Made by a program: the position numbers and the translations under genes. A model generated the notes under the pieces. That model made no database searches, was not told where the DNA came from, and was given only the letters and a program-made list of their open reading frames with translations. From Ignavibacteriota bacterium (GTDB lineage: Bacteria > Bacteroidota > Ignavibacteria > UBA10030): a stretch of 64,000 nucleotides of DNA. Where the stretch lies: positions 288,001 through 352,000 of the forward strand of contig CAVSHO010000009.1 of NCBI GenBank assembly GCA_963727825.1, given 5' to 3'. Shown here piece after piece: positions 8,244 to 18,568 of this stretch (the first letter of the stretch is position 1; each line of letters starts with the position of its first letter).

Positions 8244-10799
8244 ATGAATACCCTGCGCAATTTATTTGTCAATTCTTCGAAGACGACACGCCGCAATTAT
8301 CTTATTGCGATGATGATCTTCTTCGTTGCCGCGTATGTCTTTATGCCATACACCGGCTATACTCAGAGCACCGAACAAGCGGTTGCTCAAGAATCATTTC
8401 ACCCATTTGCTCTTTTCAGTAGTGAGAGCAATTTCCAGCCAATTGAAATCTATGGACTTCTGACAGTACTAGGCATCGCCATTGCCGGTTTGCTTTATGC
8501 ACTTATGCTCGTAAAGCAAGTGCGTAAAGCTGACCAAGGCACAAAGAAAATGCAGGAAATTGCTGCCGCTGTCCGTGAAGGCGCTAATGCGTATCTTAAA
8601 GCTCAATTCAAAAAAATCGGGCCATTGATTATTATCATCACACTGTTCCTATATTTCACGTACACAGGAACAATCGACGCATTCCGCTGGGGACGTTCAG
8701 GCGCGTTCCTTGTCGGTTCCATTTTTAGCTTCTTAGTCGGTTTTGTCGGAATGCGCCTTGCTACGCAGGGCAACCTTCGTGTTGCAACAGCTGCAAAACG
8801 CAGCTATGGCGAAGCGCTTCAACTCGGCTACCGCACAGGAACCATCACCGGTATGCTTACAGACGGCCTGGGTTTACTTGGCGGAACATTGATCTTTATG
8901 CTGTTCGGTGAACACGCATACGAAGCTCTATTAGGATTTGGTTTCGGTGGGACACTCATCGCATTGTTTATGCGCGTTGGCGGTGGTATCTACACGAAAG
9001 CCGCAGACGTCGGTGCCGATCTCGTCGGTAAGATTGAAAAAGATATTCCCGAAGATGATCCGCGCAACGCGGCCACAATTGCCGATAACGTTGGCGATAA
9101 CGTCGGCGATTGCGCCGGTATGGCAGCAGATATTTTTGAAAGCTATGAAGTCACTATCGTTGCCGCGATGATTCTCGGTATGGCAAGCTTTGGACACAAG
9201 GGTGTTATTTTCCCGCTGCTCGTTCGCGGTATTGGCGTTCTTGGTTCCATCATTAGCACTTACACGGTGAAAGCCGGTGCCGATGACACTTCAGATACAG
9301 CTCTGAAAAGCGTTCATCGCGGATTCTGGATCGGTTCAATCATCAGTATTGCTGGTTTTGTCGGACTCGGATTCGGCTATCTCTATTTTGATGCCGCATA
9401 CCTTGCGAGCAACCCAACAGCCGTCGCAGGATTTTTTCATGCCGATGGCACAGCAATTTCTCTTCCCTGGATTGCAAATTTTGGCATCCCGAATCTTGAT
9501 CTGCGCCCTGCCCTAACTTGCATGATCGGTATTTTCCTTGCCGTTGCATTGAATAAGGTCACAAGTTATTATACGCATACAAGCCATGCCCCCGTGAAAG
9601 GTCTTGCAAAAGCTTGCACCACAGGACATGCAACAAACATTATTCAAGGAATTGCACTCGGTTATGAAAGCACTGTTGCTGCAATTGTTGTTATTGCCGT
9701 TGCAATTTTCCTCTCCGTGCTCGTATATGCCGGAACTCCTCCTCTCTTCATCGCCTATGGCGTTGCCATGACCGGTATCGGAATGTTGACTCTCACAGGC
9801 AACACTATTTCGATGGACGTATTCGGACCAGTAGCAGACAATGCAAATGGTATCGGCGAAATGGGTTATGACAAAAACGAGATGGAAAAAGAAAAACCGG
9901 GCAGTTACAAACGCGCCCGCCAGATCCTTGCCGATCTCGATGCAGTCGGTAATACGACGAAAGCTGAAACCAAAGGCATCGCAATCGGTTCTGCCGTTAT
10001 CGCGGCGGTCTCGTTGTTTGCAAGTTTCATCGCCGTAATTGCAGTCGGTAGTGAAGATAAAATTAACCTGATGAAGATTTCACAGTATTTCGAACAAGCA
10101 GGAAAGATCACTGTTGCAGATCCAACCGTGTTTATTGGATTCATGATTGGCGGCGCAGTGCCGTTCCTCTTCAGCGGAATGCTAATTCGCGCAGTCGGTC
10201 GTGCTGCATTCTGGATTGTAAAAGAATGCCGCATCCAATTCCACGATCCTGAAATCTGGAAAGGCACCAAGAAACCGGATTACGGCCGTGTAGTCGATAT
10301 TTGTACAAATACTGCTCAGAAAGAACTCATTGGACCGGGCCTTCTTGCTATTATGACTCCAATTCTTGTCGGATTTATACTTGGACCGTACGCACTCGGC
10401 GGATTCCTTGCCGGTACGATCCTTGTCGGCCAGCTGCTTGCTGTATTTATGGCAAACGCCGGCGGTGCATGGGATAATGCTAAGAAAATGATTGAAGATG
10501 GATTGTATGGCGGTAAAGGTTCAGAGGCACACAAAGCCGCTGTTACCGGAGATACCGTTGGCGATCCATTGAAAGACACTGCGGGACCTGCGCTTAACCC
10601 GTTAATCAAGGTTATGAACATGGTCAGTTTGCTCACACTGGGGTTAGTGCTTAAATTCAACATTACGAAGCCAAATATTTCTGGGACTGATTTGCTAACC
10701 GGTATCGTTGTTGCTGTCGTTGCCGCGGCTGCTATTGGCTGGGCAATTTATCAAAGCAAAAAAGAATCGGGCGATCTTGTTGCAGAAGAAACAAAGTAA
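8244..10799 (+). CDS. hppA: Membrane ion-translocating pyrophosphatase, K+-independent signature
   Basis: GGGIYTKAADVGADLVGKIE, DNVGDNVGD, DAVGNTTKA, GDTVGDPLKD. Confidence 0.95.
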   Translation: MNTLRNLFVNSSKTTRRNYLIAMMIFFVAAYVFMPYTGYTQSTEQAVAQESFHPFALFSSESNFQPIEIYGLLTVLGIAIAGLLYALMLVKQVRKADQGTKKMQEIAAAVREGANAYLKAQFKKIGPLIIIITLFLYFTYTGTIDAFRWGRSGAFLVGSIFSFLVGFVGMRLATQGNLRVATAAKRSYGEALQLGYRTGTITGMLTDGLGLLGGTLIFMLFGEHAYEALLGFGFGGTLIALFMRVGGGIYTKAADVGADLVGKIEKDIPEDDPRNAATIADNVGDNVGDCAGMAADIFESYEVTIVAAMILGMASFGHKGVIFPLLVRGIGVLGSIISTYTVKAGADDTSDTALKSVHRGFWIGSIISIAGFVGLGFGYLYFDAAYLASNPTAVAGFFHADGTAISLPWIANFGIPNLDLRPALTCMIGIFLAVALNKVTSYYTHTSHAPVKGLAKACTTGHATNIIQGIALGYESTVAAIVVIAVAIFLSVLVYAGTPPLFIAYGVAMTGIGMLTLTGNTISMDVFGPVADNANGIGEMGYDKNEMEKEKPGSYKRARQILADLDAVGNTTKAETKGIAIGSAVIAAVSLFASFIAVIAVGSEDKINLMKISQYFEQAGKITVADPTVFIGFMIGGAVPFLFSGMLIRAVGRAAFWIVKECRIQFHDPEIWKGTKKPDYGRVVDICTNTAQKELIGPGLLAIMTPILVGFILGPYALGGFLAGTILVGQLLAVFMANAGGAWDNAKKMIEDGLYGGKGSEAHKAAVTGDTVGDPLKDTAGPALNPLIKVMNMVSLLTLGLVLKFNITKPNISGTDLLTGIVVAVVAAAAIGWAIYQSKKESGDLVAEETK

Positions 10800-10825
10800 C
10801 ATCTGATTCTTGAAGTCTTTTTCAC

Positions 10826-10857
10826 AAGCCCAATTGAGCAATCAGTTGGGCTTTTTT
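10826..10857 (+). terminator. Rho-independent terminator
   Basis: AAGCCCAATTGA-gcaa-TCAGTTGGGCTT plus T-run. Confidence 0.85.
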
Positions 10858-11096
10858 GTTGCACTGATTCTGTATAAATTGCTGAAAGACTTTTTATTTG
10901 TAAACCCCTTCTATTCATCTAATTCGTCAGGACTACTTGAAAGTCTCATCTATTAATGGGATATTCAATCAAAGTTTTTAGATGCTCGCGAGTTCATAAA
11001 GGGGAATTTCATTCTACTTGCGGGGCAATCCAAAGCACAGGCGTATCATTGTTCCAATCCAATTCATCAATATTCAACATCGTAAGGAGTACACTT

Positions 11097-13781
11097 ATGA
11101 TTCGTTCCATCACGTGTTTTTCTATTCTCATTCTCCTTTCTACCGGTGCGCTCCTGGCGCAAATACCACCAATTATCGATAGAGAGATTTTTTTCGGTGA
11201 CCCTGAGATTTCCGGCGCGCAGCTATCGCCAGACGGGAAGTATATCACCTTCATCAAACCATTTAAGAACGTCCGGAATATCTGGATCAAAGAGCGAAAA
11301 GAGGCATTTGAAAAGGCACACCCACTCACCGCCGATACTACGCGCCCAATTCCTGGATATTTCTGGTCGCAGGATTCAAAGTACGTTCTCTATGTTCAGG
11401 ATAAAGGAGGGGATGAGAACTATCGTGTGTATGCAATCGATCCGACAGTCGCAGGCGATCCTGTTCCACCTGCACGCAATTTAACGCCGCAAGAAAAAAT
11501 TCGTGCGATGATCATCGATGTACCTAGGGTAAAACCTAATGAAATTATTGTCGGATTGAATGATCGCGATCCACAGCTTCATGATGTCTATCGAATCGAT
11601 CTTACTACCGGCGAACGAACGCTCATCCGGAAGAACTTGGAAAATATTGCCGGCTGGCAGACAGACCTAAACGGCGATCTCCGGCTCGGTGTGCGTCAGA
11701 CAAACGACGGCGGCATGGAAATTCTGAAAATAGTCGACACCGCATTGACCTCCATCTATACTGTGACGGCAGATGAATCGGTTGATCCGATCCGCTTCAC
11801 TCCTGACGGAAACAGCTTTTATATTGAAACCAATAAGGGGGACGCGCTCGACAAGACACAGCTGGAACTCTTTGATCTCAAGACCGGCACTACGAAGCTG
11901 GTCGAAAAAGATCCTAAGAACGAAGTTGATTTCGGCATGGCGCTCTTTTCGGATGTCACGAACGAATTGCTGGCAACAGTGTACCAGGGCGATGTGATTC
12001 GTGTTTATCCAAAAGAGAAATATTTTGCGAAGAGTTATAACCAATTAAAGAAACATTTTCCTAACGGTAACATCGGTATAGGCAGTACCACGAAAGACGA
12101 GAATCTTTGGCTCGTCAGTGTCAGCAGTGATGTGGATCCTGGTTCGACATATTTATTTGATCGAAAAACAGGCAAGGTGGAATTGCTCTACAAGTCGCGA
12201 CCGAATTTACCTTCAAAATATTTGGCATCGATGACAGCGATTCGTTATACGGGGCGCGATGGAATGGAAATTCCTGCCTATCTGGTATTACCTAAAGGAA
12301 TTCCTTCTAAGAAGCTGCCAACGATTGTCTTTCCGCATGGCGGGCCATGGTCACGCGACTACTGGGGATACAATGGCACCGCTCAATTTCTTGCAAATCG
12401 CGGATACGCCGTTCTCTTACCCAATTTCCGCGGCTCGACCGGTTATGGAAAGAAACTTTTAAACGCTGGAAATAAACAATGGGGCACCGGCTCGATGCAG
12501 CACGACATTACCGATGGTGTGCAATATTTGATTAAAAAGGGAATTGCCGATCCGAAACGGATAGGTATTTCAGGCGGATCATACGGCGGGTATGCAACAC
12601 TTGCAGGTCTAACCTTTACACCCGATTTGTACGCGGCGGGATTTGACATCGTCGGGCCGTCGAATATTATCACACTGTTGAATTCTATTCCCCCTTACTG
12701 GGCGCCTATGAAAAAGACATTTGCCGTGCGTGTCGGCGATAAAGATGATCCTAAAGATAAGGAAATGTTGGAAAAACAGTCTCCACTAAATTCAGCGCAG
12801 AACATCAAAGCACCGTTGTTCGTTGTGCAAGGAGCTAACGATCCACGTGTGAAAAAAGCTGAAGCAGACCAGATTGTCGTTGCGTTGCGCGATCTTGGCA
12901 GGCAGGTTGAGTACATTGTAGCGCCAGATGAGGGACATGGATTTGCAGGAAAAGAAAACCGTATTGCTATGTACACCGCAATGGAACAATTCTTCGCGAA
13001 GCATCTGAACGGTAGAGTGCAAAAAGATGTCCGGGATGTGATCCAGAAAAAATTAGAAGCAATCACAGTAGATGTGAAGACAGTGACCAAACCAAAACCG
13101 GTTGCCGAAGTGAGCAACGAATTGAAGCCAGTGTTCAACAGCACACTCTTGAGACCGGACACGCTCCAGTATGTTACGAATATGGAAATTAACAACCAAA
13201 AAATGAAAATAAGTTCTACACGGATGATCATGAAAGCAACAATTGCCGGAAAAGATATATGGCGAGTAGTGGAGAATTCTTCCGGCGCAATGGGTTCAGG
13301 AATAGACACTCTCGATATGGATGCTACATCATTGTTACCTATACGACGATCTGCAACACAAGGACAGGCAAAGCTCATGATTACCTATTCCGCTAATACA
13401 GTGGAGGGTAAAATACTTATGGGTCCGCAAGAAATGCCGATTAATGCGAAGACCAACAATACCGTTTTTCCAGACGGTGCCGGTATTGAACTTCCTTTGA
13501 GCACACTTCCTCTTGCCGAAGGATATAAAACAACCCTGTACCAATTTGAGATCATGTCGCAGAAGGAAAACGCAATGGGACTGGCAGTTGTTGCCTCGGA
13601 AAAGGTAACAGCTGCTGCAAGGGATTTCGATACGTGGAAGGTTGAACTGACTCCCAAAGAAGGAGAATCCGGTGGAATAAAGCTATGGATAGCAAAAGAT
13701 ACTCGGAGAATTGTGAAAACCGAAACGAAGCTCCCTGCACAAGCAGGTGGTGGTATAGCGACGACGGAATTGGCAAAGTAG
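11097..13781 (+). CDS. Secreted S9 prolyl-oligopeptidase-family peptidase with extra C-terminal beta domain
   Basis: AAGGAG RBS then signal peptide; HGGPW, GGSYGG, NDPRV, DEGHG triad motifs; about 230-aa C-terminal extension. Confidence 0.9.
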   Translation: MIRSITCFSILILLSTGALLAQIPPIIDREIFFGDPEISGAQLSPDGKYITFIKPFKNVRNIWIKERKEAFEKAHPLTADTTRPIPGYFWSQDSKYVLYVQDKGGDENYRVYAIDPTVAGDPVPPARNLTPQEKIRAMIIDVPRVKPNEIIVGLNDRDPQLHDVYRIDLTTGERTLIRKNLENIAGWQTDLNGDLRLGVRQTNDGGMEILKIVDTALTSIYTVTADESVDPIRFTPDGNSFYIETNKGDALDKTQLELFDLKTGTTKLVEKDPKNEVDFGMALFSDVTNELLATVYQGDVIRVYPKEKYFAKSYNQLKKHFPNGNIGIGSTTKDENLWLVSVSSDVDPGSTYLFDRKTGKVELLYKSRPNLPSKYLASMTAIRYTGRDGMEIPAYLVLPKGIPSKKLPTIVFPHGGPWSRDYWGYNGTAQFLANRGYAVLLPNFRGSTGYGKKLLNAGNKQWGTGSMQHDITDGVQYLIKKGIADPKRIGISGGSYGGYATLAGLTFTPDLYAAGFDIVGPSNIITLLNSIPPYWAPMKKTFAVRVGDKDDPKDKEMLEKQSPLNSAQNIKAPLFVVQGANDPRVKKAEADQIVVALRDLGRQVEYIVAPDEGHGFAGKENRIAMYTAMEQFFAKHLNGRVQKDVRDVIQKKLEAITVDVKTVTKPKPVAEVSNELKPVFNSTLLRPDTLQYVTNMEINNQKMKISSTRMIMKATIAGKDIWRVVENSSGAMGSGIDTLDMDATSLLPIRRSATQGQAKLMITYSANTVEGKILMGPQEMPINAKTNNTVFPDGAGIELPLSTLPLAEGYKTTLYQFEIMSQKENAMGLAVVASEKVTAAARDFDTWKVELTPKEGESGGIKLWIAKDTRRIVKTETKLPAQAGGGIATTELAK

Positions 13782-13821
13782 TAACTAAATAGCTAGGTCT
13801 TTGAGTATTGTAGATGCAAGG

Positions 13822-13849
13822 GCGGCTCTGGAAACAGAGCCGCTTTTTT
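13822..13849 (+). terminator. Rho-independent terminator
   Basis: GCGGCTCTG-gaaa-CAGAGCCGC-TTTTTT. Confidence 0.9.
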
Positions 13850-13870
13850 AAATGGAGACAAAAGTTCAGG

Positions 13871-15594
13871 GCATAACTATTTGCTTTGCGCCATACTTAA
13901 CGCAGTGCACTCATTCGGCTAGCTTGAGCCGTTGGTTAGCTGGCGGTGTTATTTTTTATTTCTTGTTTCAAACTTTGATAAATCTAAGATAGCCCTTCTT
14001 ATTGCCCGATAATCATCTGGTGGGACTTCAATAAATTGAGGAGCAACATCTGATTTAGTGCCATCAATCTGTAGCAATCCTTCAGGTGCATGACTTGTAT
14101 TTAAAAGATCAACGTAGCAGCCATAATCAAGTTTATAGACGTCAAAGCGAACTCCAGGTTGGTCTTGTCCAGCAATATTCCTTTTCAATATGTGTAGAAG
14201 ACGGGAATCGAAAAGATAATCAATCAACTTGTTCTGAACATTTGCCTGCAATAGGAATGCTCTTGCGCGTCGATGTGCGATTACCTGCTCAATAATCCAA
14301 TGCAAAAGTTCCTTAGCTTCAATCTTAGAATTAATGGCGGCCTGTTTGTCTCGTTGGAACCATAGAAGTGCAGAGCTTCTAACAATGGGAACAGAAAATG
14401 GATTTGAGGCTGCTCTTTGAGCAGCTATCATTAAAATATTTATAAAATCTCTTGGAACGCCCTCTGACGCGCGTATGAATTCTTCAAATGCATTTCTTTG
14501 AGTAAATGCAACTTGAACAAGTTCAGAAGAAGATTTTGGCACTAGTGGAATTTCATCTTTATCAAGAACAGAAATAAAATGTTTGAAGAGGAGGTCTTGA
14601 AAAAATGTTGTTGCTCGCGTGGCATCATTGTCGAAAACCATAAAATCATCCAAGTTTACATCGGCAGATATATCGGCACCAAGTTCAACACCAAGATAAT
14701 CATTATCTAAACCTGCTTGCTTAAAATTAGATCTCTGCTCAATTGCCGCTATTTTCAAAGTAATATTACGTTGAGGCAAAATTGAACGCCGAAGTAAATC
14801 TGCAAGAATTGGTTGAAGATCGATAGGAATTGCACTCCATTCGTCAAGTAAGAACCAAATTCTTTTCCCAGATAATATGCCGACAAGTTTGGATAGAACA
14901 TTTCCTAATCTGCCAAAATGTACACGATGAATTATTGTGCCAGAATTTTTTATCCTAGCAGAACTACTTTCAGATGCTGCATGAGAATATTTTTGGGAAA
15001 TTGAAAGTTGAGGCACCTTAGGAGAAATTGAAAGCGACACAGAATTGTCTGAACTCGAAGTAGTACCATCGGATTGAATTGTTTCTTGTTCCACTTGCCC
15101 TACAACGGCCACCTCTGTTATTGCCTCAGCAAGCTCATCTAAGACGCCGCCAATTTGGCCTAAATTAAGTGACGAATTCGGTTTTGTAGCTGAATCAAGG
15201 ATTGATTCATGTATTGCAGCAAGTGTATCAAGTAAAAGGCGACTTCCTCTCTCAGCTAAAGGAATCGAAGTGTCAGAATATAAACCTCCTGTCGAACCGA
15301 TATTTCGAAGATCAAGATATACTGGTAAATCGGATGATTTTAATTTTTGTTCTGCTAAAAAAAGAAAAGCATGTGTTTTTCCAGTCCCTCTTCTCCCGTA
15401 AACTATCTGATGATCTGTCGAAGATAGCAGCGAAAGAAGTGCGCCAGCCTCAACGAAGGTCTGGACAAGGGTCGTTCGATCTGCTGTTTCCGATCTTCGA
15501 GTTAGACGAAGGAATATTTTGTTTATTAATTCATTCATAATATTTCTATATATAGTTATTATTTTTTGCACCGCCAGCTAACATGTAATTAGAT
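13871..15594 (-). mobile_element. Solitary integron gene-cassette-like unit (degenerate attC, attI-like site, no integrase in window)
   Basis: Minus strand begins GTTAGCTGGCGGTG (15582-15569); the stop codon is followed at once by CACCGCCAGCTAAC-caacg-GCTCAAGC (13948 downward), like attC R''/L'' boxes. Confidence 0.65.
13949..15538 (-). CDS. P-loop ATPase, STAND/ORC-CDC6-like, cassette cargo
   Basis: Walker A GRRGTGKT, Walker B WFLLDEW, SEGVPRD motif; ATG 15538 preferred to GTG 15571, which overlaps the repeat. Confidence 0.75.
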   Translation of the reverse strand: MNELINKIFLRLTRRSETADRTTLVQTFVEAGALLSLLSSTDHQIVYGRRGTGKTHAFLFLAEQKLKSSDLPVYLDLRNIGSTGGLYSDTSIPLAERGSRLLLDTLAAIHESILDSATKPNSSLNLGQIGGVLDELAEAITEVAVVGQVEQETIQSDGTTSSSDNSVSLSISPKVPQLSISQKYSHAASESSSARIKNSGTIIHRVHFGRLGNVLSKLVGILSGKRIWFLLDEWSAIPIDLQPILADLLRRSILPQRNITLKIAAIEQRSNFKQAGLDNDYLGVELGADISADVNLDDFMVFDNDATRATTFFQDLLFKHFISVLDKDEIPLVPKSSSELVQVAFTQRNAFEEFIRASEGVPRDFINILMIAAQRAASNPFSVPIVRSSALLWFQRDKQAAINSKIEAKELLHWIIEQVIAHRRARAFLLQANVQNKLIDYLFDSRLLHILKRNIAGQDQPGVRFDVYKLDYGCYVDLLNTSHAPEGLLQIDGTKSDVAPQFIEVPPDDYRAIRRAILDLSKFETRNKK

Positions 15595-15766
15595 AAACTT
15601 ATTCTATGTATCATTTTATCACGGATACAATATAGACTAAATTTATATTTTATTTATTAGATGCGTTATAGGCAGACATCTCTTCTATCATTGTAGGTTC
15701 TTCTTTGAAGTTGGAGAAAAGTAGTAGTTGTTTCGTACTCCCGCGTAGCTGCAACTACTTTGTGAT

Positions 15767-15795
15767 AATGTAGCTCTGTTTAGAATCATTGTCAA
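15767..15795 (-). promoter_or_regulatory. Sigma70-type promoter facing the cassette
   Basis: TTGACA-17 bp-TACATT. Confidence 0.6.
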
Positions 15796-15899
15796 TAAGC
15801 CGGAGGCCTATTACTATCACGCGCGATGCGCGTGTCTGATCAAGAAAACTGCCTGCTCATGTTCATCCCACATTTCCGCACTTTTTTTTCTGCAACTAC

Positions 15900-15928
15900 T
15901 TGACAAGTCGTCTGCCAGATTGTATATT
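15900..15928 (+). promoter_or_regulatory. Sigma70-type promoter of the met operon
   Basis: TTGACA-17 bp-TATATT upstream of the riboswitch. Confidence 0.7.
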
Positions 15929-15989
15929 ATTAAAGCGATGGTAAAAGTTATTATCGCCCGGATTAGCAAACGATATAATCCGAAAATGC

Positions 15990-16111
15990 CTCTTATAAAG
16001 AAAGGCTGAGGGAACAGGCCCGTTGAAGCCTTAGCAACCGGTTCCGATTTAATCGGAATGCTGGTGCTAAAACCTGCCCGCGACATGATGTCGTCGAGGG
16101 AACGATAAGAG
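15990..16111 (+). ncRNA. SAM-I (S-box) riboswitch
   Basis: P1 CTCTTAT/ATAAGAG, GAGGGAACAGGCCCGTTGAAGCC, GCAACC, GGTGCTAA; upstream of metY. Confidence 0.92.
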
Positions 16112-16122
16112 AAGATGCTCAC

Positions 16123-16164
16123 AAGCCTCTTCAGGAAATCTTCCCGTTGGGGCTTTTTCGTTTT
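16123..16164 (+). terminator. Riboswitch expression-platform terminator
   Basis: AAGCCTC...GGGGCTT followed by TTTCGTTTT. Confidence 0.65.
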
Positions 16165-16180
16165 ATAGGCGTTCAAATAA

Positions 16181-17512
<1,332 letters not shown>

Positions 17513-17542
17513 TTTATATAACAAATAAAAAAAAGAATAAAT

Positions 17543-17571
17543 AATTCCCTCTCCTATGAGGAGAGGGAATT
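17543..17571. repeat. Perfect 13-bp hairpin between metY and metA (REP-like or attenuating terminator)
   Basis: AATTCCCTCTCCT-atg-AGGAGAGGGAATT. Confidence 0.6.
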
Positions 17572-17638
17572 TTATCAGGATAATTGGTTTTTCTAAGAAG
17601 AAGAGAATAAACGACAAATATTCTACCAAGGAGATCTT

Positions 17639-18541
17639 ATGAGTGTTGTACTTCCAAACGAATATGAACATCGCAGCAAATTAGAGCAACGAGGCGTACT
17701 ATGCATTACTGAAGAAGAAGCCAATCGCGCCGACATTCGCCCGCTGCGAGTTGGAATTCTTAATATTATGCCAAAAGGTGAAACATACGAACCGTTTGTA
17801 CTTTATCCGCTTAGCCGCTCTATCATACAAATCGAACCGATCTGGATCCGGCTGCATTCGCACAATTATAAAAGCAGCGATTTGAATCATCTTGATTTAT
17901 TTTACGATTATTTCGAGAACGCTATTGCAAAAGCTCCACTGGATGGACTTCTCCTGACCGGCGCGCCAGTTGAGGAATTTGCTTATGAGGATGTTCATTA
18001 CTGGAATGAAATTACTACTATCCTAAAATTTGCGCAGCAAAAAATCACTTCCACACTCGGAATTTGCTGGGGCGGCATGGCACTTGCAAAAATGTTAGGG
18101 ATTGAAAAAGAAATATTCAAGGACAAACTTTTTGGTGCATTCGAGACCTGCAACCTTGACCGCTCGCATCCTGTTACCGGCGAGTTAGATGATATATTCT
18201 GGTGTGTGCAAAGCAGACACTCCGGAATTTCTGATCATATACTGGAAGATGAACAGAAAAATGGAAAAATCAATCTGCTTGCTCATTCCGAGAACGGCGG
18301 TTATACTATCTTCGAGAGCGTGGATCATCGCTATCTGATGCACTTAGGCCATCCTGAGTATGAAGCACAACGGCTTGTTGATGAGTACCGAAGAGATGTA
18401 TCCCTCGGAAGAAAAGATGTGAAATTGCCCGCCAATATAGATATCAACAATCCGATTAATCGTTGGCGAAGTCATGGATTAGAATTCTTCACACAGTGGG
18501 TTCGATTCATTTATGAACCGACAAGCAAAGAGGTGCGATAA
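17639..18541 (+). CDS. metA: MetA-family homoserine O-acyltransferase, predicted acetyltransferase
   Basis: DIRPLRVGILNIMP, TGAPVE, ICWG, QSRH, GHPEY. Confidence 0.9.
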   Translation: MSVVLPNEYEHRSKLEQRGVLCITEEEANRADIRPLRVGILNIMPKGETYEPFVLYPLSRSIIQIEPIWIRLHSHNYKSSDLNHLDLFYDYFENAIAKAPLDGLLLTGAPVEEFAYEDVHYWNEITTILKFAQQKITSTLGICWGGMALAKMLGIEKEIFKDKLFGAFETCNLDRSHPVTGELDDIFWCVQSRHSGISDHILEDEQKNGKINLLAHSENGGYTIFESVDHRYLMHLGHPEYEAQRLVDEYRRDVSLGRKDVKLPANIDINNPINRWRSHGLEFFTQWVRFIYEPTSKEVR

Positions 18542-18568
18542 TTAATTCAAAAAACGAAAAGCCTGCAC

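Noticed and set aside
15601-15619. 18/19 match ATTCTATGTATCATT.TAT shared with 48154-48172
   Set aside because: An AT-rich match of this length is plausible by chance in 64 kb and the contexts differ
15800-15880. Possible IS200/RAYT remnant (LPAHVH)
   Set aside because: Too short, with no continuous frame or other transposase motifs
15749-15901. 12-bp direct repeat CTGCAACTACTT near both divergent promoters
   Set aside because: Only two copies and no known motif; cannot be told from chance
15817-16176. 119-aa minus-strand ORF
   Set aside because: Antisense to the met promoter and SAM riboswitch; no recognisable protein features
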